DNA from: an uncultured Candidatus Cloacimonadota bacterium
GTDB lineage: Bacteria > Cloacimonadota > Cloacimonadia > Cloacimonadales > JAJBBL01
Assembly (NCBI GenBank): GCA_964490765.1
Contig: CAZBDV010000007.1
Coordinates: forward strand, 8,065 to 72,064
Direction of reading: 5' to 3'
DNA length: 64,000 nt
Shown: positions 36,930-46,930 of the stretch, one piece after another
Layout: every line of letters begins with the position of its first letter
Position numbering within the stretch: position 1 is the stretch's first letter
Translations under genes and position numbers: made by a program
The notes under the pieces: model-generated
Seen by the model: the letters and a program-made list of their open reading frames with translations, nothing else
The model's database searches: none
Told to the model about the DNA's origin: nothing

Positions 36930-38711
36930 ATGGGAAGAATGATTAACCTTACAATAGATGGCAAAAAAGTAAATGTAGCAGAGAATACCACCATTATCAA
37001 GGCTGCAGATGAGATTGGGATCAAGATCCCTTCTCTCTGTTATCATGAAGACCTGATTCCGACTTCCGGTTGCGGCGTATGTGTAGTCGAGATCGAAGGT
37101 TCTGACATGCCTAAGCGAGCTTGCAGCACCACGGTCTATGAAGGCATGAATGTAAAAACAAACAGTATCCAGCTACGAAACCTGAGAAAGATGCTTATTG
37201 AACTTATACTGGCTGACCATCATGTTGACTGTCCTACCTGTATAGCCAATAACAAATGTGAATTACAGGACCTGGCCTATTACATGGGAGTCAAGACCGA
37301 AGATATTGCCTCCCTGATGAAAAAAGAGCCGGTAGACGATAGTAGTGTCTCAATAGTACGAGACCCCAATAAATGTATAGCCTGTGGCCGCTGTGTTACT
37401 GTTTGTAATGAAATTCAGACAGTATATGCTCTGACACATGTCAACCGTGGTTTTGATGTCGAGATTAATACCCCTTTTAGTAAAGGGATGGCTGATAGTA
37501 TTTGTATCAACTGTGGCCAGTGTGCTGTTTACTGTCCTACTGCCGCTTTAACCGAGAAGATAGAGACCGACCAGGTCTGGACAGAATTACTGAATCCAGC
37601 GAAGCATGTTGTTATTCAGGCCGCACCTGCGGTTAGAGTAACTCTGGGCGAAGAGTTCGGAATGGAAGAGGGCTCTCTTACAGTCGGCAAGATGTATGCC
37701 GCTTTCCGCAGATTAGGTTTTGATGCAATCTTCGATACAAACTTCACGGCAGATCTCACGATTATGGAGGAAGGAACTGAATTTGTAACACGCTTCAAAG
37801 AGGGTGGAACCCTTCCGCTCATTACTTCCTGTTCACCCGGCTGGGTTAAATTCATGGAGACCTATTATTCAGACCTTGCTGATAATGTCTCTACCTGCAA
37901 ATCTCCTCAACAGATGTTCGGTGCTCTGGTAAAAACATTCTATGCAAAAGAGAAGAACATTACACCCGAAAGCATTACATCTGTATCGATCATGCCCTGT
38001 ACAGCCAAGAAATTCGAGGCGAGAAGATCGGAGATGAACGATTCCGGATATCAGGATGTTGACTATGTTCTCACAACTAGAGAAATTGCACGAATGATTA
38101 AAGAAGCAGGTATTGACTTCAAACATCTTGAAGATGAAAAGGCTGATGACCTGATGGGTATCTATACCGGAGCTGGCACTATCTTTGGTGCCACCGGAGG
38201 AGTCATGGAAGCAGCCCTGAGATCTGCATATTACCTTATAACAGGCAAAAATCTGCCAGACTGTGAAATCAAAGCAGTTCGCGGTATGGAAGGAATCAAG
38301 GAAGCTGTTGTCGATGTTGACGGTATCAAGGTAAAAATAGCTGTTGCCCATAGTTTGGGCCATGCCAGAAAGCTAATGGACAAAATCCGTAAACAGATCG
38401 AAGAGACAGGTAAATCCGACTATCATTTCATAGAAGTGATGGCTTGCCCTGGTGGCTGTGTCGGTGGCGGGGGACAACCATTCGGCAGCAGTCTTGCGAC
38501 TCGAGCTCGTAGAGGCGAAACTCTCTATAAAGAAGATAAGGGACTCAAATTGAGGTTCTCTCATGAAAATCCAGCTGTAGCAGCTCTCTATGAAAAATTC
38601 CTTGGCTCACCAGGTTCAGAGATAGCTCATAATCTACTTCATACACATTACTTCCATAGAGATAAACTGGAAGGCAAAGTAGTCAAAGAAGCTACTTATA
38701 AAAATCACTAA
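36930..38711 (+). CDS. hydA: [FeFe]-hydrogenase catalytic subunit (group A, HndD/HydA-like)
   Basis: [2Fe-2S], His-ligated and 2x[4Fe-4S] motifs; H-cluster TSCSPGW, MPCTAKKFE, EVMACPGGCVGGGGQP. Confidence 0.96.
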   Translation: MGRMINLTIDGKKVNVAENTTIIKAADEIGIKIPSLCYHEDLIPTSGCGVCVVEIEGSDMPKRACSTTVYEGMNVKTNSIQLRNLRKMLIELILADHHVDCPTCIANNKCELQDLAYYMGVKTEDIASLMKKEPVDDSSVSIVRDPNKCIACGRCVTVCNEIQTVYALTHVNRGFDVEINTPFSKGMADSICINCGQCAVYCPTAALTEKIETDQVWTELLNPAKHVVIQAAPAVRVTLGEEFGMEEGSLTVGKMYAAFRRLGFDAIFDTNFTADLTIMEEGTEFVTRFKEGGTLPLITSCSPGWVKFMETYYSDLADNVSTCKSPQQMFGALVKTFYAKEKNITPESITSVSIMPCTAKKFEARRSEMNDSGYQDVDYVLTTREIARMIKEAGIDFKHLEDEKADDLMGIYTGAGTIFGATGGVMEAALRSAYYLITGKNLPDCEIKAVRGMEGIKEAVVDVDGIKVKIAVAHSLGHARKLMDKIRKQIEETGKSDYHFIEVMACPGGCVGGGGQPFGSSLATRARRGETLYKEDKGLKLRFSHENPAVAALYEKFLGSPGSEIAHNLLHTHYFHRDKLEGKVVKEATYKNH

Positions 38712-38723
38712 TAGTTCTTGGAA

Positions 38724-38754
38724 GCCGTTACGGAGTGTTCTGCTCCGTAACGGC
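38724..38754. terminator. strong hairpin between hydA and hydG, no T tract
   Basis: GCCGTTACGGAG-TGTTCTG-CTCCGTAACGGC perfect 12-bp stem. Confidence 0.5.
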
Positions 38755-38798
38755 AAATCTCCGCTCAGTTCCCATATCGTACACAGGTAATTCCCCTA

Positions 38799-40241
38799 TT
38801 GACATCTATACGGGAAGAACTATATTATTCTCAGGTAATGAAAATGTTAGATAGAAAGAGTTTTATAGACAATAAGTATCTAGAAGAGCTGCTTAATCGA
38901 CCTTCTAAGAATGACCCCGGCAGGATTAACGAGATCCTCGCCAGAGGTGGTGAAAAGAAAGGTCTCAATCTGGAAGATGTTGCATTTCTCAGCCGTATAT
39001 CTGATCCTGACCAGCTTTCTCTTCTATACAAGACAGCACAAAAGATAAAAAATGATATCTACGGGAACCGGATAGTTATTTTTGCCCCCCTCTATGTCTC
39101 TAATGAATGTGCTAATATTTGTGATTATTGCGGTTTTAGAGCCGACAATAAAGATCTTTTACGCAGAACACTCTCTCCCGAAGAACTGCAGCAGGAGACT
39201 CGAATCCTGGAAACTCAAGGATTTAAAAGGCTGTTGCTCGTTTATGGAGAACATCCCCGCTTCGACGGAGAATGGATAGCAGAAAGTATAGAAGCAGTTT
39301 ATCGGGGAGAAGGAACCAAAAGAGAGATTCGTAGAATCAATATAAACACAGCCCCTCTCTCTGTAGAAGACTTCAAGATAGTAAAAAAAACCGGAATCGG
39401 AACCTATCAGTGTTTTCAAGAGACATATCATCGTGAGACCTATGAGAAGGTTCATCTCAAAGGAAAGAAGAGCAACTATATCAGAAGATTATACGCTCAC
39501 GATGATGCGTTTGTAGCTGGTATTGACGATGTAGGACTGGGTGTACTCTTCGGACTGTATGACTGGAAATATGAACTCCTTGGCTTACTCAGTCACTCCT
39601 ATCATCTGGAATCGAAATATGGAGTCGGGCCTCATACGATCTCATTTCCAAGGATTGAACCAGCTCTTAATGCTCCTATCTCAGAAGCTCCACCCTATCA
39701 AGTCAGTGATACTGATCTGAAAAAGATTATCGCTATAATCCGTATTGCAGTGCCTTATACCGGAATAATTCTCACTACCCGTGAGACTGGTCAACTCCGC
39801 AATGAATTACTTAAACTGGGTGTTTCACAGATTTCTGCTGCTTCCAGAACCTATCCGGGTGGTTATTTTGACGAAATGCACAACCAACCAAGCAAGCAAC
39901 AGTTCTCCATTGGAGACACTCGTTCTCTTGACGAAGTGATCAGAGATCTTGCCCAGATGGGATATATACCCTCCTTCTGCACATCCTGCTATAGAAAAGG
40001 GCGAACAGGACAGGCCTTCATGGAATATGCCAGACCTGGTAATATCCATAAGTTCTGTAAGCCAAATGCTATCCTCAGCTTTTTGGAATACCTGCTTGAT
40101 TACGCAAGCCCAGAAACAAAACAGGAAGGACTTAAAATAGTTAAAAGGGAACTTGTTGATGTCACCGATCCCGAAATAAAGAAGCTTCTCAATGATTACT
40201 ACGATAAGACTTTAGCAGGTGAACGTGATCTGTTGCTCTAA
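38799..40241 (+). CDS. hydG: [FeFe]-hydrogenase maturase HydG (start may be slightly downstream)
   Basis: FAPLYVSNECANICDYC, FQETYH, GPHTISFPR, C-terminal CTSC..C motif. Confidence 0.95.
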   Translation: MTSIREELYYSQVMKMLDRKSFIDNKYLEELLNRPSKNDPGRINEILARGGEKKGLNLEDVAFLSRISDPDQLSLLYKTAQKIKNDIYGNRIVIFAPLYVSNECANICDYCGFRADNKDLLRRTLSPEELQQETRILETQGFKRLLLVYGEHPRFDGEWIAESIEAVYRGEGTKREIRRININTAPLSVEDFKIVKKTGIGTYQCFQETYHRETYEKVHLKGKKSNYIRRLYAHDDAFVAGIDDVGLGVLFGLYDWKYELLGLLSHSYHLESKYGVGPHTISFPRIEPALNAPISEAPPYQVSDTDLKKIIAIIRIAVPYTGIILTTRETGQLRNELLKLGVSQISAASRTYPGGYFDEMHNQPSKQQFSIGDTRSLDEVIRDLAQMGYIPSFCTSCYRKGRTGQAFMEYARPGNIHKFCKPNAILSFLEYLLDYASPETKQEGLKIVKRELVDVTDPEIKKLLNDYYDKTLAGERDLLL

Positions 40242-40251
40242 ATACTGACCG

Positions 40252-41487
40252 ATGAAGAAAACAACTGTCTCTATGCGCCCCAATATTGGTATCTTTGGTA
40301 AGAGGAATGTCGGTAAATCTTCTCTGATCAATGCCCTGACCGGGCAAGAGCTCGCAATCGTCTCAGAGTTTGCCGGAACAACAACAGATCCTGTAGGAAA
40401 GGCGATGGAGATTTTGCCACTGGGACCGGTATTCATTCTTGATACAGCTGGATTAGATGATATCGGCGATCTGGGAGCTAAAAGAGTTGAAAAGACTTAT
40501 ACTGTATTGAGAAGAACTGATCTTGCCCTTCATGTAACCACATATAATGATTTTGATCAGACTGACAAAGATTTTCTGAAAAGAGAGAAGAATGTAATTG
40601 TTGTCTTCAATAAGAGTGATCTGGCATATAGTGAAACAGCTGTTACCAATGCAGTTGATTATCTGAAAAGACAAAGTATAGACTACATATCTGTCTCTGC
40701 AATGACCGGTTCAAACATTGCACAACTAAGAATAATGATTACCGCCAGAGTACCTGAAATCATATCTTCTGAGGCTGTAATCACTGATTTGATCAAGTCT
40801 GATGACATTGTTCTACAGGTGATGCCTATCGATTCTTCAGCACCTAAAGGCAGGATTATTTTACCACAGGAACAGGTTCTGAGAGAAGCTCTTGATAACC
40901 ATGCAATATCAATCTGTATCCAACCGGAGGAAATATTACAGACACTACAGAGTCTCAAGCAGAAACCTCGATTAGCTATAACAGACTCGCAGGTTATTGA
41001 AAGAGTTACTGATATTATACCCGATGATATAATGCTAACTACGTATTCTATCCTCTTCTCCCGTTTGAAAGGGAACCTGAATACATTCATTTCAGGCCTG
41101 GAAGCTATTAGCAGATTAAGGGAAAATGATAGAGTTATGATCGCTGAAGCCTGCACTCATCACAGACAATCTGATGATATTGGCACTATAAAGATACCTC
41201 GATGGCTTCAAGACTATACAGGTAAAAAACTGAATTTTCTGGTAAATGCGGGTAAAATACTTCATCAGGACTTGAGAGAAGTGAAGCTGATAATTCATTG
41301 CGGCGGTTGTATGATAAACAAAAAAGAGATGTTATCAAGAATGGAACTGGCCAATGATATCGAGATTCCCATTACCAACTATGGAGTTTTAATCGCTCAT
41401 ATGCATGATTCTCTGAGACGGACATTACAACCATTTCCGGAGAGTTACAATACCTATAAAAGAATGGTTAATCTCAATTCCATCTAG
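40252..41487 (+). CDS. hydF: [FeFe]-hydrogenase maturation GTPase HydF
   Basis: GKRNVGKSS, GTTTDPV, DTAG, NKSD, EACTHH...HCGGC. Confidence 0.95.
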   Translation: MKKTTVSMRPNIGIFGKRNVGKSSLINALTGQELAIVSEFAGTTTDPVGKAMEILPLGPVFILDTAGLDDIGDLGAKRVEKTYTVLRRTDLALHVTTYNDFDQTDKDFLKREKNVIVVFNKSDLAYSETAVTNAVDYLKRQSIDYISVSAMTGSNIAQLRIMITARVPEIISSEAVITDLIKSDDIVLQVMPIDSSAPKGRIILPQEQVLREALDNHAISICIQPEEILQTLQSLKQKPRLAITDSQVIERVTDIIPDDIMLTTYSILFSRLKGNLNTFISGLEAISRLRENDRVMIAEACTHHRQSDDIGTIKIPRWLQDYTGKKLNFLVNAGKILHQDLREVKLIIHCGGCMINKKEMLSRMELANDIEIPITNYGVLIAHMHDSLRRTLQPFPESYNTYKRMVNLNSI

Positions 41488-41622
41488 TTATTCTCTCCCT
41501 GTCGGTAGATTTATCTTCATACAAGAAATTACTTGACCCCATACACGAGCGATATTATTTTATTGATAGTGAGTAAGATACGAAGCTTGCTCTCAAATAA
41601 GGTGCATAAATAGAGAAGTAGC

Positions 41623-41650
41623 TGTAACTAAACTTCTCAATAAACGTTAA
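41623..41650 (+). promoter_or_regulatory. ECF-type autoregulatory promoter
   Basis: TGTAAC-N16-CGTTAA directly upstream of ECF sigma gene. Confidence 0.6.
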
Positions 41651-41663
41651 AAGAGGTGATGAG

Positions 41664-42227
41664 GTGGAAATGAATGAAAAAGATATAATCCTCAAAGCAA
41701 AGTACGATATATCAGCATTTGAATATCTGTATGATAAGTACTTCTTACAGATATACAAGTTCGTAATGCTGAGAGTTAAGAACAGAGATGTAGCTCACGA
41801 CGTAGTTTCTGATGTATTCTACAAAGCTATGACGAAACTGCATCTCTTTAAATGGCGTTCTATCCCGTTCTCATCCTGGTTATACAGAATAGCAGTGAAT
41901 GAGATCAGCAATCATTACCGGAGAGAGAAAAAGAAACATAAACTCGTAGGTGAATTGATGGTGGAGAAAGATACTTTCGAGTCTCCTCCGGAAATGGACG
42001 AAACGATGAGCTATGAGTTCATACGTGAGTATATTAAGGAATTACCTCAAAGAGATCAGGATGTAATTACTCTACGCTACTTCGAGAAGAAGAGCTTTCA
42101 AGAAATTTCTGAGATAATAGGTAAAAAAGAAGGTTATATAAGGGTCATATTACACAGAGCTTTGAAAAAACTCGAACAAACGCTACCAAAAGAGGTTTTG
42201 GAATATGTCGGTCGAAAAGTATCTTGA
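41664..42227 (+). CDS. ECF RNA polymerase sigma factor (ATG 41670 likely)
   Basis: AFEYLYDKY, FSSWLYRIAVN, region 4 LRYFE..SFQEISEIIG. Confidence 0.92.
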   Translation: MEMNEKDIILKAKYDISAFEYLYDKYFLQIYKFVMLRVKNRDVAHDVVSDVFYKAMTKLHLFKWRSIPFSSWLYRIAVNEISNHYRREKKKHKLVGELMVEKDTFESPPEMDETMSYEFIREYIKELPQRDQDVITLRYFEKKSFQEISEIIGKKEGYIRVILHRALKKLEQTLPKEVLEYVGRKVS

Positions 42228-42714
42228 GAATATAAAACTTCCAGAAGACAGCCCGGGTCCTTTTTCAGTGAGACTGAGATACAATCTCAAGAACCAGCTG
42301 TATGAAAGACACCGAAAGAGAGAGAGGTTGCAGAAATTTGTCGGTAATCTTGCTCTCGTGATGTTCATACTGGTATCAGTTATGATCTACAGACCAAACC
42401 TGGCCGCAACTCTTCATGATAATCTGCTCTGCAGAACTGGTATAATCAATAATGGCAATGAAGATGAAAAGCAGCTTCTGGCTGAACAGAGGCAGGCTGA
42501 AATCGAATTACCTGACCAGGGCAGATTTCTTGGTATGGCTCATAGTGTTTCAACATCGGGACGAGGATATTCTCCCTATCAGATAATGGAACTATCCGAT
42601 CTTCCTGAAGAAACCCCTTACATAATCCGTAAAGTTAAGGATAGCAATAATAGACATATCTATATCTTAACAGAAATAGAAGCTGTAGATAATAGACGAC
42701 AAGATCTCTATTGA
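42205..42714 (+). CDS. putative anti-sigma factor, single TM
   Basis: Overlaps ECF gene, small cytoplasmic N-terminus, one TM. Confidence 0.55.
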   Translation: MSVEKYLENIKLPEDSPGPFSVRLRYNLKNQLYERHRKRERLQKFVGNLALVMFILVSVMIYRPNLAATLHDNLLCRTGIINNGNEDEKQLLAEQRQAEIELPDQGRFLGMAHSVSTSGRGYSPYQIMELSDLPEETPYIIRKVKDSNNRHIYILTEIEAVDNRRQDLY

Positions 42715-42735
42715 TGGAGGTTTTACAGACCTGAG

Positions 42736-43614
42736 ATGAAAGCGTTCCTCTATGCTGTTCTTATATTATCCCTTCAGTTCATCATCTTCCCTCTTCTCTC
42801 AATCAATAGCGCCTATCTTGGTGTTTATCTGGAGGACATGAGCGAAGAAGAGAAGAACCTTTATGATATCAATCACGGTGTGCGAATCGATACGGTGATT
42901 CCCGATTCTCCGGCAGATAGAGAAGGATTACAGACGAATGATATCATACTCCGCATTAACGATATGCCTATTACCCTACAGGATCAGGTGCGAACCATCA
43001 TCAGGTATTCACATCCCGGAGATATAATAGAGGTCGAGATACTGAGTAATAGAGAACAGAAGAATCTGAAAATCACTCTTGGTGATTTAAGGTCTGTTGA
43101 TCGTGCCCGACTTAAGTTAATGAATCCCAAAACAAAACATATTGGAGTAAAACTTCAATATCTCTCAGAACAGCTAAAGGAGTATTTTCAGATTGAGAAT
43201 GGAGTCCTGATTGCTGAAGTGAGAGCCTCTTCACCAGCAGATTCAGCCGGACTGAAAGCAGGTGATGTCATAGTAGCTATAGAAGAATGGCCTATAAACA
43301 GAGTAAGGGATGTTATCAATATAATTGAAAGCAAAGATGCCGGAGATTTGATACTGATTGATTATGTTAGGAATGGTGATAAATATCAGGTTGAAGTTGA
43401 GATTACAGAGACGGAAGAGCTGTTCAGCTTTGATCTCAACAACGAGATAATATTTCTCGGTAATCAAGAAATTGATGTTTCGGAAGTAAACAGATGGTTT
43501 GAGTCAGTCTTTTCTGATTCCACTCAAATGAGTCTTGAAGAGAAAATAAAAACCCTCCAGAAAGAGATAAATCGGATCAGAAGAGATTTGTTTGAACAGA
43601 AACAGAACCGCTGA
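42736..43614 (+). CDS. exported double-PDZ protein
   Basis: Signal peptide; YLGV..V.PDSPA..GL..ND.I and IGV..V..SSPA..AGLKAGDVI; C-terminal coiled coil. Confidence 0.85.
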   Translation: MKAFLYAVLILSLQFIIFPLLSINSAYLGVYLEDMSEEEKNLYDINHGVRIDTVIPDSPADREGLQTNDIILRINDMPITLQDQVRTIIRYSHPGDIIEVEILSNREQKNLKITLGDLRSVDRARLKLMNPKTKHIGVKLQYLSEQLKEYFQIENGVLIAEVRASSPADSAGLKAGDVIVAIEEWPINRVRDVINIIESKDAGDLILIDYVRNGDKYQVEVEITETEELFSFDLNNEIIFLGNQEIDVSEVNRWFESVFSDSTQMSLEEKIKTLQKEINRIRRDLFEQKQNR

Positions 43615-43623
43615 CCAGCCTTA

Positions 43624-44514
43624 TCATTCTTTCCCTTTCATCCTAGTAACGTTGAAGAGTAAATCGAACAACCGCCCTTCATTGCCACTTATCTCACCGA
43701 ATGTGATACCGAGTTCATTAAGCTTGTTCATGACTTTTATTGCTTCTGAATAACGATCATGCATCGTATAGATCTTAATCAGATCATAATAAGCTCCGTA
43801 ATAAGGTGGAAACTTTTCTATAGACTGATTGAGTATCTCGATAGCTTTGTTTGTCTGCCCTATCTTTTCACAGGTAAGGGCATACATACGATAGAATGAT
43901 GGAGTCTCAACCTGAGAAGACTCTGTATCCAGAAAATCGACATAAGCCTTCAGCCATTGCCTGGTATGAAAATAGGCTGCTCCACGAATATATAATAACT
44001 CACTAACCTTCCCAAAACGCTTTTCAGCTCTTTCTATTAGGTCTATTATCTTATCATATCGCTCATATTCAAGATAGAGTTTACCGAGCAGAATATAGGG
44101 TTTTTCGGAATAATCACTGCTCAGTATCAACTCCTCGAGCAGCTCTATCGCCTGATATCCTTTGTCCAGTTTATAAAGAGCTACACACCTGTTATAAGTC
44201 GCTTCAGGGATAACCTCAGAAATCAAATCAAAATACTGTTCTGCTGTCTCGAAATCTCTGTTTACGAGATGACAGTAGGCAAGTTTGAAGATAATGTCTA
44301 CATTACGGGAGTCGAGATTGAGCGCTTGTTCATAACACTTAACTGCCTGTTCATATGCATCTCTGAAAAAGTAGAGATTGCCAAGTTCGTTATGAAGACG
44401 CAACTCCTGAGGATACTTTTCGATGGCTTTCTTTAAGGTTTGTGTTGCTTTCAACCAGTTAGAGTCTACTTCATATTTAACTTGCCAGATAATCCTATCT
44501 ATCTCGTTTTTCAT
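43624..44514 (-). CDS. tetratricopeptide repeat protein
   Basis: Repeated LG..Y...A...Y..AL TPR pattern. Confidence 0.85.
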   Translation of the reverse strand: MKNEIDRIIWQVKYEVDSNWLKATQTLKKAIEKYPQELRLHNELGNLYFFRDAYEQAVKCYEQALNLDSRNVDIIFKLAYCHLVNRDFETAEQYFDLISEVIPEATYNRCVALYKLDKGYQAIELLEELILSSDYSEKPYILLGKLYLEYERYDKIIDLIERAEKRFGKVSELLYIRGAAYFHTRQWLKAYVDFLDTESSQVETPSFYRMYALTCEKIGQTNKAIEILNQSIEKFPPYYGAYYDLIKIYTMHDRYSEAIKVMNKLNELGITFGEISGNEGRLFDLLFNVTRMKGKE

Positions 44515-45469
44515 AAAGCTCTCCGATCAGATTCAATATCTCTTCCCGGTCGACACTATTATTTATTCTGTTCCGCACTTTGCTGCCACCAATAAAGCCC
44601 CTGGTATAATGACAGAAGTGAGCTCTCATCTCTTTTAATCCCCTCTCTTCACCCTTCGTACTGAGTGTCAATTCAGTATGTTGTTTGATTATTTCGTATC
44701 TTTCTTTATAAGATAATCTAAAAGGAGTACCAGTCAAAAGATAAGATTTGATCTCAGCAAATATCCAGGGCTTCCCCAGTGCTCCTCTTCCAACCATAAT
44801 AGAGTCACACCCTGTCTCTTCTTTCATCCTTACAGCATCTCTGATCTCGACTATATCACCATTACCGACTACAGGTATTTCCACTGCTGATTTTACGGAT
44901 GATATAAGTGACCAGTCACTCTTCCCGGAATAAAATTGTGACCGGGTTCGAGGATGAACAATAATGATATCAGCCCCTGCATCTTCCAGGGCTCGTGCTG
45001 CTTCGACAATTACTATACTCTCTTTATCCCAGCCGGATCTGATCTTAACCGAGAGGGGTATTCTACTCTCCTGGAGAACCGTTTTCAGAGCTTTGACAAT
45101 CTCGACAGCATTGGGTAAATCTTTCAACAATGCAGAACCCGCTCCCCGATTTACTACTTTCTTTACTGGGCATCCCATGTTAACGTCAATGAAATCCGGT
45201 TTCAAAGGTAAGATGAGTTCGCATCCCTTTGCCATAATTACAGGGCGGGAACCGAATAGTTGGATTCCAGCAGGACGTTCTGCTTCATCGAAATAAGCAT
45301 AGCCGACACTTCTTTCATAATCAAAGACCAGGCCATCTGCACTGACCATTTCTGTGACAGTAACATCCGCCCCACATCTCTTGCAGATCAGGCGGAAAGC
45401 TCTATCGGAAAAACCGGCCAAAGGTGCCAGCCATAACTTATTTTCAGTAAGAGTAGTGGTTCTGCTCAT
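44495..45469 (-). CDS. dusB: tRNA-dihydrouridine synthase B
   Basis: LAPLAG, TEMVS, DVNMGCP, HPRT, GNGDI, MVGRGALGKPW. Confidence 0.93.
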   Translation of the reverse strand: MSRTTTLTENKLWLAPLAGFSDRAFRLICKRCGADVTVTEMVSADGLVFDYERSVGYAYFDEAERPAGIQLFGSRPVIMAKGCELILPLKPDFIDVNMGCPVKKVVNRGAGSALLKDLPNAVEIVKALKTVLQESRIPLSVKIRSGWDKESIVIVEAARALEDAGADIIIVHPRTRSQFYSGKSDWSLISSVKSAVEIPVVGNGDIVEIRDAVRMKEETGCDSIMVGRGALGKPWIFAEIKSYLLTGTPFRLSYKERYEIIKQHTELTLSTKGEERGLKEMRAHFCHYTRGFIGGSKVRNRINNSVDREEILNLIGELYEKRDR

Positions 45470-46221
45470 TTAGTAAGGATATCCCTGTTAAGTCGATACA
45501 TACAGAGCCCAGCAGCCACAGCGACATTCAACGATTCTACTCTGTTAAGCATCGGAATCCTAATTCTCCTGTCAGCTTTCGCCACGATTCTCCTATCCAC
45601 ACCGAAAGCTTCAGAACCTAAAACGAGAATATACCCGTTCTCTGGCATAGGAAATGAGAACAAAGGTTCCCCCTTTTCAGAATCTGTAATTATAATCTCT
45701 TTATCAAGACCCTGCAGTTGTTCGAATTCACTTACCTTACTCGGGAGTGAAAAGAGAGTGCCGACCGAAGCACGAACAGTCTTGGGATTAAAGATATCGG
45801 AGCATTCTGGAGAGAGAATAACACCATCCATTCCGGTAGCTCTGGCATTCCGGAAAATAGCTCCCAGATTGCCTGGATCGGATATCCGATCAATATATAC
45901 TAAACGGTCCATCTTTCTAAAATCTGGAACCCGACATTCTACCAGAGCTATAATATTTTGAGCTGATTTTGCTGCCGTTAATTGTTCTATTTGATGCTCT
46001 TTCAGCACATAAATTCTCTCCGAGCCAATATGCTCAAGGATATCAGTATAGCTCTTGACTGCAGATTCCAGACAGTAAAGCTCTGACAGAGAAACCCGGT
46101 CGGTTATCAATTGCCTAATAGTTCTTGAACCTTCTACCAGAACCTGCTTCTTCTCATCTCGAAACTTCTTGAGCCGGAGTTTCCTCAGATCTTTCAATTT
46201 CTCTTTAGAGAGTTCCTGCAT
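45466..46221 (-). CDS. TrmH/SpoU-family RNA methyltransferase
   Basis: DPGNLGAIFR, LGSEAFGV, ESLNVAVA. Confidence 0.92.
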   Translation of the reverse strand: MQELSKEKLKDLRKLRLKKFRDEKKQVLVEGSRTIRQLITDRVSLSELYCLESAVKSYTDILEHIGSERIYVLKEHQIEQLTAAKSAQNIIALVECRVPDFRKMDRLVYIDRISDPGNLGAIFRNARATGMDGVILSPECSDIFNPKTVRASVGTLFSLPSKVSEFEQLQGLDKEIIITDSEKGEPLFSFPMPENGYILVLGSEAFGVDRRIVAKADRRIRIPMLNRVESLNVAVAAGLCMYRLNRDILTK

Positions 46222-46365
46222 GTATGCTCCTTATTCTCTTGTTTCTTGTCAGGAGTGAATCACTCTGTTGTCAATTATTCTGTCAATTATCTTATTGACA
46301 AATCTTTCCTTATAGTCACTCTTAAAATGTTTGATTGAGCTATATCTGTCAATAGTTAAGGAGGA

Positions 46366-46917
46366 GTGATGAGGATTGGAATCGAAGATGTTATGTTTGT
46401 AATGGTAGATATTCAGGATAGATTCAGAGGACATATCCCGGATATGAAGAACCTGGTCAGGAATGCCAGTATTCTGAACAAGGGTGCTGAACTGCTCGAT
46501 ATTCCTCTGTTAATCACAGAACAGTATCCTATCGGTCTGGGTCCTACCCTCGAGGAAATTTATACTCCACAACATGCTCGCTGGATGGATAAGACGAGTT
46601 TCAGTATCTTCGAAGATGAAATCGAGGAATTCATTAAAGCAAGCGGAAAAGAGAAGATCATTCTTTATGGTATCGAAGCACATATCTGCATTACACAATC
46701 TGTTTTAGTAGCTCGGGAGAAAGAACTAATCCCTATCGTAGTGGAGGATGCAGTCTCTTCGATATCACAACATAACAAGAATATAGCCCTGAAGAGAATC
46801 CAGGAGAATGAGGGAATTGTCGTTTCAACTGAAATGCTCCTCTTCGAATTATTGCAGACAGCCAGTCATCCTGATTTCCGGGAGATCAGTAAGATTGTAA
46901 AACTCGGTGTAAATTAA
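46366..46917 (+). CDS. isochorismatase-family hydrolase (ISOC/YcaC-like)
   Basis: VDIQ, TEQYP.GLGPT, KTSFS, GIEAHIC. Confidence 0.9.
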   Translation: MMRIGIEDVMFVMVDIQDRFRGHIPDMKNLVRNASILNKGAELLDIPLLITEQYPIGLGPTLEEIYTPQHARWMDKTSFSIFEDEIEEFIKASGKEKIILYGIEAHICITQSVLVAREKELIPIVVEDAVSSISQHNKNIALKRIQENEGIVVSTEMLLFELLQTASHPDFREISKIVKLGVN

Positions 46918-46930
46918 TCAGAATATCGAT

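Noticed and set aside
46268..46300. TGTCAATTAT repeat and TGTCA..TGACA palindrome
   Set aside because: Spacing is N10, not N8, and there is no sigma54 box; better explained as back-to-back TTGACA -35 elements of divergent genes
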